From positions 1 to 30,829 of the IMG/VR virus record IMGVR_UViG_3300025421_000045: DNA of 30,829 nt; one strand, written 5' to 3'. The notes below the pieces were generated by a model. The model was not told the DNA's origin. It saw only the letters and a program-made list of their open reading frames with translations, and ran no database searches. The position numbers and the translations under genes were made by a program. Shown here one piece after another: positions 1 to 6,496 of this stretch. Source of the stretch: a virus. Lineage: Duplodnaviria > Caudoviricetes. Position 1 is the stretch's first letter. Every line of letters starts with the position of its first letter.

Positions 1-8
1 TATACCTC

Positions 9-269
9 TTTCCATGCAGTTTCTATGCGGCTCAAACCCTTATTCTATATACCCTTTATATCTTTTTGTATAGAAATATAGAAATATATAGAAGTCTTAT
101 ATAAGAGAGGAATAAACAAGGGTTATAAAAAACATGTGAAAAAAATGATAATATATAAAAGGACTTATCGTGCAAAAGGCTCATTTTCTATGCAAAACTT
201 ATTCTTACATTTCAAGGACTTAACAAAAAGTGCATAGAAACATTCCTATGCAAGGGCCTTTTTAGCCCT
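9..269. repeat. AT-rich non-coding region with iteron-like repeats (putative replication origin or genome-end region)
   Basis: TTTC(T/C)ATGC(A) at 9-18, 20-28 and 185-194, variant TTCCTATGCA at 243-252, inverted copy at 231-240; TATAGAA(A/G) x3 at 69-94; AAGGACTTA at 159-167 and 214-222; no ORF. Confidence 0.5.
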
Positions 270-295
270 TTTAAGCGGATGGGGTGACGAAAATA

Positions 296-324
296 TTGCC
301 TTTTTTGCTAGTTTTTGGTAGGGT
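296..324 (+). promoter_or_regulatory. sigma70-type promoter, probably giving a leaderless transcript
   Basis: TTGCCT-N17-TAGGGT with TG extension, ending 6 nt before ATG 331; no Shine-Dalgarno. Confidence 0.45.
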
Positions 325-330
325 AAACAG

Positions 331-624
331 ATGACAAAAGATGAAATTCAGGCACTTATTGACTCCATAGATTTTGAACAAAAGGTTGAAGTGACGATTT
401 CAACCAAACTGGGAAATGACCTTGGAAAACCCACCTTAAAAGGCGGTAACCGAAAGGTGAGCGTCACAGGTGTAAAAAATGTCTACCCATTACCAAACGG
501 AAAATACTTTTCATCTTTATTAAAAGATGGTGTGAGACTTCATCTAGGCACTTTTAACACGATTGATGAGGCACATCAAGCTTATCTTGCCGCTAAATAT
601 AATCAAAAGGAAATATCAAAATGA
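331..624 (+). CDS. AP2-domain DNA-binding protein (no HNH nuclease part)
   Basis: TGVKNVY..NGKYFSSL..DGVRLHLGTFNTIDEAHQAY.AA matches the AP2 domain of phage HNH-AP2 proteins. Confidence 0.8.
   Translation: MTKDEIQALIDSIDFEQKVEVTISTKLGNDLGKPTLKGGNRKVSVTGVKNVYPLPNGKYFSSLLKDGVRLHLGTFNTIDEAHQAYLAAKYNQKEISK
593..599 (+). promoter_or_regulatory. T4-late-like promoter core
   Basis: CTAAATA 21 nt upstream of ATG 621, with AAGGA SD in between. Confidence 0.6.
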
Positions 625-893
625 ATAATTTATGGACTTGGGCTTTGGCCCGTTTACAAGAACCTTCCACATGGCGCGGCCTAATTGGTATCGCGTCTGC
701 TTGCGGTGTTGTTATTCAACCCCAATTTGCCGCTGCCATTCTTGCAGCCGGAATTGGATTGGCTGGTTTCATCAACGTTATTACCAAAGACCCTAAAAAT
801 GTTGGAGCCATTGCAGAAGCAGCGGTTCAAGACGTTGTAATTCCTGCTGTTGAAGCCGTAAATACACCGGTATCCAATGCTGTCACCCATTAA
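621..893 (+). CDS. holin-like small membrane protein
   Basis: RLQEPSTWRG motif followed by two hydrophobic segments; AAGGA SD; ATGA overlap with the upstream gene. Confidence 0.65.
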   Translation: MNNLWTWALARLQEPSTWRGLIGIASACGVVIQPQFAAAILAAGIGLAGFINVITKDPKNVGAIAEAAVQDVVIPAVEAVNTPVSNAVTH

Positions 894-942
894 ACAATTT
901 TTTTACGAAATATTCGTAATCAACAATAAGGAAAACAAAATT

Positions 943-1179
943 ATGACCGGTTTAGAAACCCTCACACTCAATATTACTGCTTTGACCGAAGTCGTTGCAA
1001 ACGCAGTATCCACTATCCAAACCTTGGAGGCAACTGTTGCTGACCTTCAAGCCAAGGTTACAACCTTTACTCAAGCAAGCGTTGACGCTGATTCGGACGT
1101 AGCAAACGCCGCTGCGAATGTCGCAGTGTTGACTTCCACTCTTGCTTCGGCTCTGCCTACTCCTAATTCAGTAGGATAA
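943..1179 (+). CDS. hypothetical coiled-coil protein (78 aa)
   Basis: start moved to ATG 943 after AAGGA SD; heptad Ala/Thr/Leu pattern. Confidence 0.7.
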   Translation: MTGLETLTLNITALTEVVANAVSTIQTLEATVADLQAKVTTFTQASVDADSDVANAAANVAVLTSTLASALPTPNSVG

Positions 1180-1182
1180 ATA
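1176..1182 (+). promoter_or_regulatory. T4-late-like promoter core upstream of a non-coding structured region
   Basis: ATAAATA overlapping the stop codon at 1177-1179. Confidence 0.5.
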
Positions 1183-1187
1183 TTCTT

Positions 1188-1283
1188 AAGAAGTTTGTTG
1201 CCATGCAAACTCTCTTTTAAACCTTTTTAGAATTGTTCTACCCCGCAGGGATGCTCTCCCGTAAGTCGGGGTAGAACTTTATT
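1188..1283 (+). ncRNA. candidate small RNA (two hairpins; the second may also act as a terminator)
   Basis: hairpin AGTTTG(1192-97)/CAAACT(1206-11); pyrimidine-rich linker; 11-bp stem 1235-45/1267-77 with inner GGGA/TCCC stem, followed by TTTATT. Confidence 0.45.
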
Positions 1284-1672
1284 CAAACTTCATACGTGTA
1301 GAAAGTTTTACCTTTCCAAAATTTAGCACATTCAAACATGTGCCTTCTCTCATATTTTGCCAAGTCATCTTCCGACAGAAGTTTCAAAGCCACATCGGAA
1401 TTTTCGGAATCACGAAAGGATTCATATTGCGACAAATCCATCATTCTGTCAGGATTTTCGGAATAGAATGTAAGCCGCTCTTGTTCAAGAGCCTTTGCCG
1501 CCTCCATATACCTTTTCAAAGTGCTTGAAGACACGAAATACCCTTGTGTCTTCATATACTCTAAAAAGTGTTTAAAGGTAGGGCGAGATTCCCCAACAGT
1601 CCACAATCCTTCACGGTAGTGGTTGAGAACTTCCGGCCCGCGAATGAAAGCCGTTTTAAATTCGTTGTGCAT
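1283..1672 (-). CDS. hypothetical protein, possible HTH DNA-binding domain
   Basis: 129-aa ORF with its own promoter; PTFKHFLEYMKTQGYFVSSSTLKRYM resembles an HTH. Confidence 0.65.
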   Translation of the reverse strand: MHNEFKTAFIRGPEVLNHYREGLWTVGESRPTFKHFLEYMKTQGYFVSSSTLKRYMEAAKALEQERLTFYSENPDRMMDLSQYESFRDSENSDVALKLLSEDDLAKYERRHMFECAKFWKGKTFYTYEV

Positions 1673-1714
1673 GGTTTTATGTGCCTAAACCAAAGATGTG
1701 CCAGTGCAAAAGGG

Positions 1715-1743
1715 ATATAGTCTTTTTATTTTCTCTTGTCAAC
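1715..1743 (-). promoter_or_regulatory. RpoD promoter (alphaproteobacterial type)
   Basis: GTTGAC-N17-CTATAT on the minus strand, upstream of ATG 1672. Confidence 0.75.
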
Positions 1744-1794
1744 GGATTTTACGAAAAAAAGTTGGTCCAAAAAATTAATAATTAATTTTCATTA

Positions 1795-1810
1795 TTAATT
1801 TCAAATTAAC
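1795..1810. promoter_or_regulatory. CtrA-type binding site
   Basis: TTAA-tttcaaa-TTAAC is a full TTAA-N7-TTAAC consensus, intergenic, with additional TTAA at 1775 and 1782. Confidence 0.55.
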
Positions 1811-1811
1811 G

Positions 1812-1846
1812 AAAAAATCCCCCGGCAAGTTGGTTACCGGGGGATT
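1812..1846 (-). terminator. intrinsic terminator
   Basis: 10-bp stem AATCCCCCGG/CCGGGGGATT (1816-25/1837-46) running into a T tract on the minus strand. Confidence 0.85.
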
Positions 1847-1876
1847 AAGTTAAACTACAAGGAGTCCTCTCGGACA
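1812..1876 (-). ncRNA. candidate ~65-nt sRNA with anti-SD-like seed
   Basis: own promoter (1882-1911) and terminator with no ORF between; contains ACUCCUUGU. Confidence 0.6.
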
Positions 1877-1881
1877 AGACC

Positions 1882-1911
1882 TATATAAGGTCGGAAGAAG
1901 GGTTTGTCAAG
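1882..1911 (-). promoter_or_regulatory. RpoD promoter for the candidate sRNA
   Basis: CTTGAC-N17-TTATAT(A) on the minus strand; the -35 overlaps the stop codon of ORF 1907-2071. Confidence 0.65.
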
Positions 1912-2071
1912 AGGCGAAACAACCCGGTGTGAAAGGTTCATAATCTTTTTGATAACGAAAAATCACATGGGTCTTATATCTGAAATACGGCTCGTGAAGC
2001 CTTATACCACGACGAGTCAATCGTGTCCAGAACCATGGACAGTTTCTTGGGCGTTCAGGTTTGTATGTCAT
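1907..2071 (-). CDS. hypothetical protein (54 aa, MTYKPERPRNCPWFW...), not in ORF track
   Basis: ATGA overlap with the stop of the upstream gene; AAAGGA SD. Confidence 0.6.
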   Translation of the reverse strand: MTYKPERPRNCPWFWTRLTRRGIRLHEPYFRYKTHVIFRYQKDYEPFTPGCFAS

Positions 2072-2334
2072 TTCGGTTGTCCTTTTTCAATCCATTGGAC
2101 AAAGATATTCTTGATGTCTCTTGTGCCAAGGTCTTGCTTACCAAACCATTTGGCTTTCTTTTCATAGAAGGCAGAGTTATTGAACTTCTGCCAAGTCTCT
2201 TGGTCTGTTTTCAGCATCTCGCAAGCGGACAAATCACCCCACTTTTGCATCTCGTCTTTATATTTTGGGTCACGAGTTTCGTGCCAATTTAAAAAGGCTT
2301 CAAAAAGTTTGTTGTCATATTCACTTCTGGCCAT
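2068..2334 (-). CDS. hypothetical protein (88 aa, MARSEYDNK...)
   Basis: start moved to ATG 2334 (AAAGGA SD); the track's TTG start lies at the promoter. Confidence 0.7.
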   Translation of the reverse strand: MARSEYDNKLFEAFLNWHETRDPKYKDEMQKWGDLSACEMLKTDQETWQKFNNSAFYEKKAKWFGKQDLGTRDIKNIFVQWIEKGQPK

Positions 2335-2362
2335 CGGTTCAATCCTTTTTCCGATTTGTCCC

Positions 2363-2391
2363 TTCATAGCTTGGCAAAAAACTTTCGTCAA
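2363..2391 (-). promoter_or_regulatory. RpoD promoter
   Basis: TTGACG-N17-TATGAA on the minus strand, divergent from the promoter at 2427. Confidence 0.6.
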
Positions 2392-2426
2392 CAAAAAACT
2401 TTTTTAAATTTTTTTCGCAAAAGCCA

Positions 2427-2454
2427 TTGACATTATATGTGGGGGTGCTATTTT
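2427..2454 (+). promoter_or_regulatory. RpoD promoter
   Basis: TTGACA-N16-TATTTT with TG extension, 30 nt upstream of ATG 2485. Confidence 0.65.
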
Positions 2455-2484
2455 CCATTATCGCAATGAGATGGAGAGACGCAA

Positions 2485-3030
2485 ATGACCGGACTTCTTA
2501 TTCACCCCTTCGGCCACAATCCCAAAATCCGTTCGGGTGGGGTTTATGATGTAGAACTCGTTTCAGACTACATGTCAGCAGTTGCTGACCAAGCCACCGA
2601 ATGGCAGAATGAACTGATGTATTCCAATCCGGACGGTTTCGGGGTGGACGATATCACGGCCCTCATCAAGAAGACTGCCACCAACAAGAACGCAGAAGTC
2701 TTTTTCTTCAATGTGAGTGACACCACTCAGCCGGTCACAGGCTTCCATGATTACAAGGATTCGGACCCCAAGTGTGAAATGAACGCCGCAGTTCTCGTGG
2801 TCATCGTCGCCAAGGACCGTTCGTGGAACATTCAAATGGTTGTGTATCTGGAAGCCGTGTTCGCTCGCGGTTATCGCGACGATGACTCCGAGTATTTCGC
2901 GGACAATGTGGATTTCATGTATGTCCAAGTTGGCTACGAATACCAACACGATGAAGCCTTTAAGGCAATGAAGCGGCACATGAGCGGAGCAACCCGCAAG
3001 GTGCTGAAGCCTATGCAAGTAGCAGCATAA
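2485..3030 (+). CDS. hypothetical early protein (181 aa)
   Basis: GGAG SD, promoter and terminator; acidic globular sequence. Confidence 0.85.
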   Translation: MTGLLIHPFGHNPKIRSGGVYDVELVSDYMSAVADQATEWQNELMYSNPDGFGVDDITALIKKTATNKNAEVFFFNVSDTTQPVTGFHDYKDSDPKCEMNAAVLVVIVAKDRSWNIQMVVYLEAVFARGYRDDDSEYFADNVDFMYVQVGYEYQHDEAFKAMKRHMSGATRKVLKPMQVAA

Positions 3031-3035
3031 AGAGT

Positions 3036-3060
3036 GGGGGCTTCGGCCCCCTTAACTTTT
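3036..3060 (+). terminator. intrinsic terminator (UUCG tetraloop)
   Basis: GGGGGC-TTCG-GCCCCC followed by TTAACTTTT. Confidence 0.8.
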
Positions 3061-3080
3061 ATTACAACGGAAAGACGCAA

Positions 3081-3482
3081 ATGACCACGAAAGCCAGCAT
3101 TGATTCTCTGTTAGACACGCTTGTCCAAGATGTTCGTGAAGAGTTGTTTGGAGAAGACCACGGATGGGTCGGCGGAAGTGACGATTACAATCCGTTTGAT
3201 ATGTTGGATTTTATTAAAAACAAATTCAAAAAGTTGGGAGCTTCGGTTAGTAATTATCAGGAAGCAAAGGGTTGGACTGGTAAAATTACCGTAAGTTTTA
3301 GAAATAAGTTCCGCCTCAAAATTATATTCGTTTTTGATTGCACTCGTTATACAAACGGTGGTTTAACACCGTTTTATAATCTACATGACGCGGGAATTGG
3401 CTTTTCATATTCTGAAAAAAATCTGGAAGAATTTGAACTCTGGTTGAATAGTGTTGTTATTCTTGACAAACTTGTAGCATAA
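3081..3482 (+). CDS. hypothetical early protein (133 aa)
   Basis: leader nearly identical to that of the 2485 gene; followed by a terminator. Confidence 0.8.
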   Translation: MTTKASIDSLLDTLVQDVREELFGEDHGWVGGSDDYNPFDMLDFIKNKFKKLGASVSNYQEAKGWTGKITVSFRNKFRLKIIFVFDCTRYTNGGLTPFYNLHDAGIGFSYSEKNLEEFELWLNSVVILDKLVA

Positions 3483-3484
3483 AA

Positions 3485-3511
3485 GAGGCGGCTTCGGCCC
3501 CCTTAATTTTT
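3485..3511 (+). terminator. intrinsic terminator (degenerate copy of the one at 3036)
   Basis: GGCGGC-TTCG-GCCCCC followed by TTAATTTTT. Confidence 0.65.
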
Positions 3512-3591
3512 CTTAACAAAATTAACCATTAAAATTCATTATGAATTTTTTGAACCTTTTCGTTAACCAAACAAAAATTCAAATTAACCAT
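3503..3591. promoter_or_regulatory. operator cluster: CtrA-like half sites and a 19-bp palindrome
   Basis: TTAACCAT at 3522-29 and 3584-91; TTAAC at 3513 and 3563; AAAATTCAT-T-ATGAATTTT at 3531-49. Confidence 0.5.
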
Positions 3592-3600
3592 CATTTTTCA

Positions 3601-3628
3601 TTGACAAGACTTTTTGGCATGATATGGT
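3601..3628 (+). promoter_or_regulatory. RpoD promoter
   Basis: TTGACA-N16-TATGGT with TG extension. Confidence 0.65.
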
Positions 3629-3659
3629 TCTTCATAACGAAACGAGCAAGGAGGCTCCA

Positions 3660-3965
3660 ATGCGTCAGATTGATAACATGAAGGTTCGCATCATCCTCAA
3701 GGCCATGTTGGCGGGGGAGCATGATATTGAGACCATCGCCAAGAAGGTCGCGGAATACATGAATGTTGATGAAGGCTTTGGCCACATTCTCGTAAGAAAC
3801 GAGATTGAAGAACTCATCAACAAGGGCTGGATTGAGCGCAAGACTTTTCTCTATTTCAAGAAGGATTCTCTTGAACTTACTGAAAAGGGCCAGTATGTTA
3901 AAGACGCTAACATTGACCTTGAGGATGAACTCATGGTCCAGATGTATGGTTTGGAGAGCCTGTGA
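3660..3965 (+). CDS. winged-helix DNA-binding protein
   Basis: start moved to ATG 3660 (AAGGAGG SD); IEELINKGWIER...LELTEKG is a MarR/PadR-like wHTH signature. Confidence 0.7.
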   Translation: MRQIDNMKVRIILKAMLAGEHDIETIAKKVAEYMNVDEGFGHILVRNEIEELINKGWIERKTFLYFKKDSLELTEKGQYVKDANIDLEDELMVQMYGLESL

Positions 3966-4225
3966 TGACCGCTGACGAGATTTTCATCTACATCAACAAT
4001 CTTGAGAAAGAGCGGGATGCTCTTATGACAGCGTATAGAGATATGCAAGTCATGCTGAAAGAGCAACACACCGAAATCTGCACCCTTCGCGTAGAAAGTG
4101 AAGAGTGGAGATGTGAAGCCCATGAACTCTGTGGCCATCTTACCCGGATGGGCATTGAGGTAGATTCTTGGCAAGATTACCAAGAAGCCCTGTGGCAAGA
4201 CCATCCTGAATGGAGGACACAATGA
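3962..4225 (+). CDS. hypothetical coiled-coil protein
   Basis: overlaps the upstream stop; GGAG SD. Confidence 0.75.
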   Translation: MMTADEIFIYINNLEKERDALMTAYRDMQVMLKEQHTEICTLRVESEEWRCEAHELCGHLTRMGIEVDSWQDYQEALWQDHPEWRTQ

Positions 4226-4344
4226 GCAATTATCGCAACTATCTTGAAAACCTTCTCTACCAGTTGCTCTTGACGAAAGCGTCAGAGTATAATATCAATC
4301 TCGTAATGCAAATGATGAGGGAATGTGATGACGCGCATATCTGA
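4222..4344 (+). CDS. hypothetical protein (40 aa, MSNYRNYLENLL...), not in ORF track
   Basis: GGAGG SD and ATGA coupling. Confidence 0.6.
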   Translation: MSNYRNYLENLLYQLLLTKASEYNINLVMQMMRECDDAHI

Positions 4345-4537
4345 CCTGATTAGGTATCTAGAACAAGACAAACAACGTTTGGGAGACGCTCCCGTAGCGT
4401 ATCAGTATTTTCTGAAAGACCACTTTCAGTCTTCCAAGAAAATCACAGACGCTCAATGGAATCGTGTTGTTGAAAAATACGACAACGAAAATATGCCCGA
4501 CCTTTTTAGTCAACTGTTCAAGGATAGGTATCTCTAA
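4328..4537 (+). CDS. hypothetical protein
   Basis: GAGG SD; fills the operon. Confidence 0.7.
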   Translation: MTRISDLIRYLEQDKQRLGDAPVAYQYFLKDHFQSSKKITDAQWNRVVEKYDNENMPDLFSQLFKDRYL

Positions 4538-4689
4538 TGGACAATGATGAACTCATGCAACTGGTCTCCGACCTTCAGCAACAACTGATTGCTGCTTTGG
4601 AGAGAATTGAAGACCTTGAGAAAGAGGTTTTCCCTCAAGAGGAAAATCTTCCCGAATGGTTTGTTCAACAACTGGAAACGAGACACTGA
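4537..4689 (+). CDS. hypothetical protein (50 aa, MDNDELMQLVSDLQQQL...), not in ORF track
   Basis: TAATG coupling; coiled-coil pattern. Confidence 0.65.
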   Translation: MDNDELMQLVSDLQQQLIAALERIEDLEKEVFPQEENLPEWFVQQLETRH

Positions 4690-4690
4690 G

Positions 4691-4894
4691 ATGGCCAAGC
4701 AAGTTCGTAGACCAGATTTTCCCATGACCAAGAAGCAAGGATATGCCATATTTCTCATGAGTGGCGTTGACGTGCGTCCCATGCAACTGACTTGTGGTCA
4801 GGCTTCAGAAATGATTAAGATGCTGCTGGACAACAAGCAAGCCAAAGCAGACAAGGCCGATATGATTGTTAAGCATATCAAGGAATCGGCATGA
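4691..4894 (+). CDS. hypothetical protein (67 aa, MAKQVRRPDF...)
   Basis: start moved to ATG 4691 directly after the preceding stop; MTKKQ...LTCGQASEMI pattern common in small phage proteins. Confidence 0.65.
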   Translation: MAKQVRRPDFPMTKKQGYAIFLMSGVDVRPMQLTCGQASEMIKMLLDNKQAKADKADMIVKHIKESA

Positions 4895-5283
4895 TTTTCT
4901 TTGCCGATTCCTTGCCTGTTGAAGATGACGATATGTTCCTGTTTCTTCTCGCCTCTCACCTTGATTGTTACAAATCCAATACAATATTATTAATGGCCAA
5001 TTGGACCGCAAGAGAAATAATACAGGATAGACTTATTTTTGAGAAATGCGATGGCCGTAGATGCCCCGGCTTTACACGAGTCATCTCATGCCTGATAAGA
5101 TTATATAATTTGAACTGGTTGACAAGATTTGAAAAAAATCAAGAGTATTATTATGTGTTATCAGATTCGCTTAAAGAAGCCATTCAAGCAAAAGTAGTCA
5201 GAAAAGGTATTGAAGGTATCCAAGACCTCTTCTCAGATGACCCAGTGCAAGTCACAATGCTTAAACTGTATAACTTACGCTAA
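4891..5283 (+). CDS. hypothetical protein, possible winged helix
   Basis: AAGGA SD and ATGA overlap; VISCLIRLYNLNWLTR...YYYVLS. Confidence 0.65.
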   Translation: MIFFADSLPVEDDDMFLFLLASHLDCYKSNTILLMANWTAREIIQDRLIFEKCDGRRCPGFTRVISCLIRLYNLNWLTRFEKNQEYYYVLSDSLKEAIQAKVVRKGIEGIQDLFSDDPVQVTMLKLYNLR

Positions 5284-5285
5284 AA

Positions 5286-5711
5286 CTATTCTTTAGGCTC
5301 CACGCCCTCTCTACGCGCCTTACAGCGGTGATATGAAGTCCTTGCTCGCGCATTATACTGCTTACGATAATTTTCATCCGTTGCACGACGAAATTTCTGA
5401 TACTCATTGTGATAAGCCTTATGAGCATCATACTCTTCCTGAGTCATGTTGTCATAATACTCTTTCCAATTTTTCCTCGTCAAAGCACGATGCCGCTTCT
5501 TGAATTCCTCGTTACCATGATACATCTTGCTCTGATAAGCAGCACTGTATTCAATCTGCTTCTGACGTTTAACAGGGTCTGATGCATAACGCTGCCTAGA
5601 CCTTTCAGCCTCACATACACGACAATATGTGCTAAAATATCCCTTGGTAACATTGAAATAAGTGTTCTCCAAAGTCTTCTCAACTTTACAATTTCTACAA
5701 TCTGTTTTCAT
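5286..5711 (-). CDS. CxxC-CxxC zinc-finger basic protein (endonuclease VII/HNH-type N-terminus, no catalytic domain)
   Basis: CRNC...YCRVC followed by Arg/Tyr-rich helical repeats; start moved to ATG 5711. Confidence 0.7.
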   Translation of the reverse strand: MKTDCRNCKVEKTLENTYFNVTKGYFSTYCRVCEAERSRQRYASDPVKRQKQIEYSAAYQSKMYHGNEEFKKRHRALTRKNWKEYYDNMTQEEYDAHKAYHNEYQKFRRATDENYRKQYNARARTSYHRCKARREGVEPKE

Positions 5712-5716
5712 GATTT

Positions 5717-5723
5717 TATTTAT
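5717..5723 (-). promoter_or_regulatory. T4-late-like promoter core, leaderless geometry
   Basis: ATAAATA-aaatc-ATG(5711) on the minus strand. Confidence 0.65.
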
Positions 5724-5741
5724 CAAAATACTACCAACATA

Positions 5742-5748
5742 CTAAATA
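5742..5748 (+). promoter_or_regulatory. T4-late-like promoter core for the packaging operon
   Basis: CTAAATA 30 nt upstream of ATG 5779. Confidence 0.6.
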
Positions 5749-5778
5749 CCCTACACACAAAAAAATCAAGGTATTTTT

Positions 5779-6312
5779 ATGTCAGATGAAAATGAGGATA
5801 AGGTAAAAAAGCCTTATGTTTCAAGAGTTAAGAGAAAACATACGACGTATGTTAACAAAATTTATGTCTTGAACGATGAAAAAGCAATTGAGGGAATCTT
5901 AAATCCCACTAATCGTCCATTAGAAATTACTCCTGACAAAGATACTTTAGATGATATAGAAATGATGTGTAAACTTCATTCTACTGAACAGGAAATCTAT
6001 AATATTCTTGGGGTTACAGAGAATACTTGGATTACTTTTAAAAACAAATATCCAGAAGTTCAACATGCAATGGAAAGAGGAAAGTCTGCTGGAAGACTTT
6101 CATTGCGTCATAAACAATTTCAAATGGCTATTGAACAAAATTCTGTTCAAATGGCTATCTGGCTTGGTAAACAATATCTTGGCCAAACTGATAAAACACA
6201 AACTGAAAACAATGTTAATCTACAAGTTCTCAAAACCATTATGGATTTGGAAGAAGATACTCCAATAACTATTTCAAATAATAATTCAAATGGTAATAGT
6301 AACGATGAATAA
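5779..6312 (+). CDS. terS: terminase small subunit
   Basis: HTH (STEQEIYNILGVTENTW), RG...GRLSLR..QF..A and MAIWLGKQYLGQ motifs; upstream of TerL. Confidence 0.8.
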   Translation: MSDENEDKVKKPYVSRVKRKHTTYVNKIYVLNDEKAIEGILNPTNRPLEITPDKDTLDDIEMMCKLHSTEQEIYNILGVTENTWITFKNKYPEVQHAMERGKSAGRLSLRHKQFQMAIEQNSVQMAIWLGKQYLGQTDKTQTENNVNLQVLKTIMDLEEDTPITISNNNSNGNSNDE

Positions 6313-6496
6313 TAATACTTTGCCCAAAGATATTAAACTTAATGTTTCATCATTGAAACAATATGCAATACAACTTCAACGAGAGTTAGCAGAGTATAAG
6401 GGACTCTATGGGACTCTACCATCTAAAGTTGCACCAAAGTATTGTTTAAGTAATCAAGAAGAATTAGCCAAAGTATATAATGAACAATCCTCCTAA
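6305..6496 (+). CDS. hypothetical protein
   Basis: fills the terS-terL gap with overlaps at both ends. Confidence 0.55.
   Translation: MNNNTLPKDIKLNVSSLKQYAIQLQRELAEYKGLYGTLPSKVAPKYCLSNQEELAKVYNEQSS

Noticed and set aside
1188-1283. tRNA or known riboswitch
   Set aside because: No cloverleaf, T-loop or CCA end; no family I can name with confidence
2575-3018. 147-aa minus-strand ORF, and similar shadow ORFs (3851-4222, 18200-18571, 28351-28716, 29682-30098)
   Set aside because: Antisense shadows of well-supported + strand genes; no SD or promoter
4264-4293. TTGACG...TATAAT inside the 40-aa ORF
   Set aside because: Spacer is only 12 nt; the alternative TTGCTC-N18-TATAAT is possible but too weak to call
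1283-5283. gp55-like sigma, integrase or CI repressor among the early genes
   Set aside because: No sigma region 2, tyrosine/serine recombinase or S24 peptidase motifs recognised; remote homology cannot be excluded
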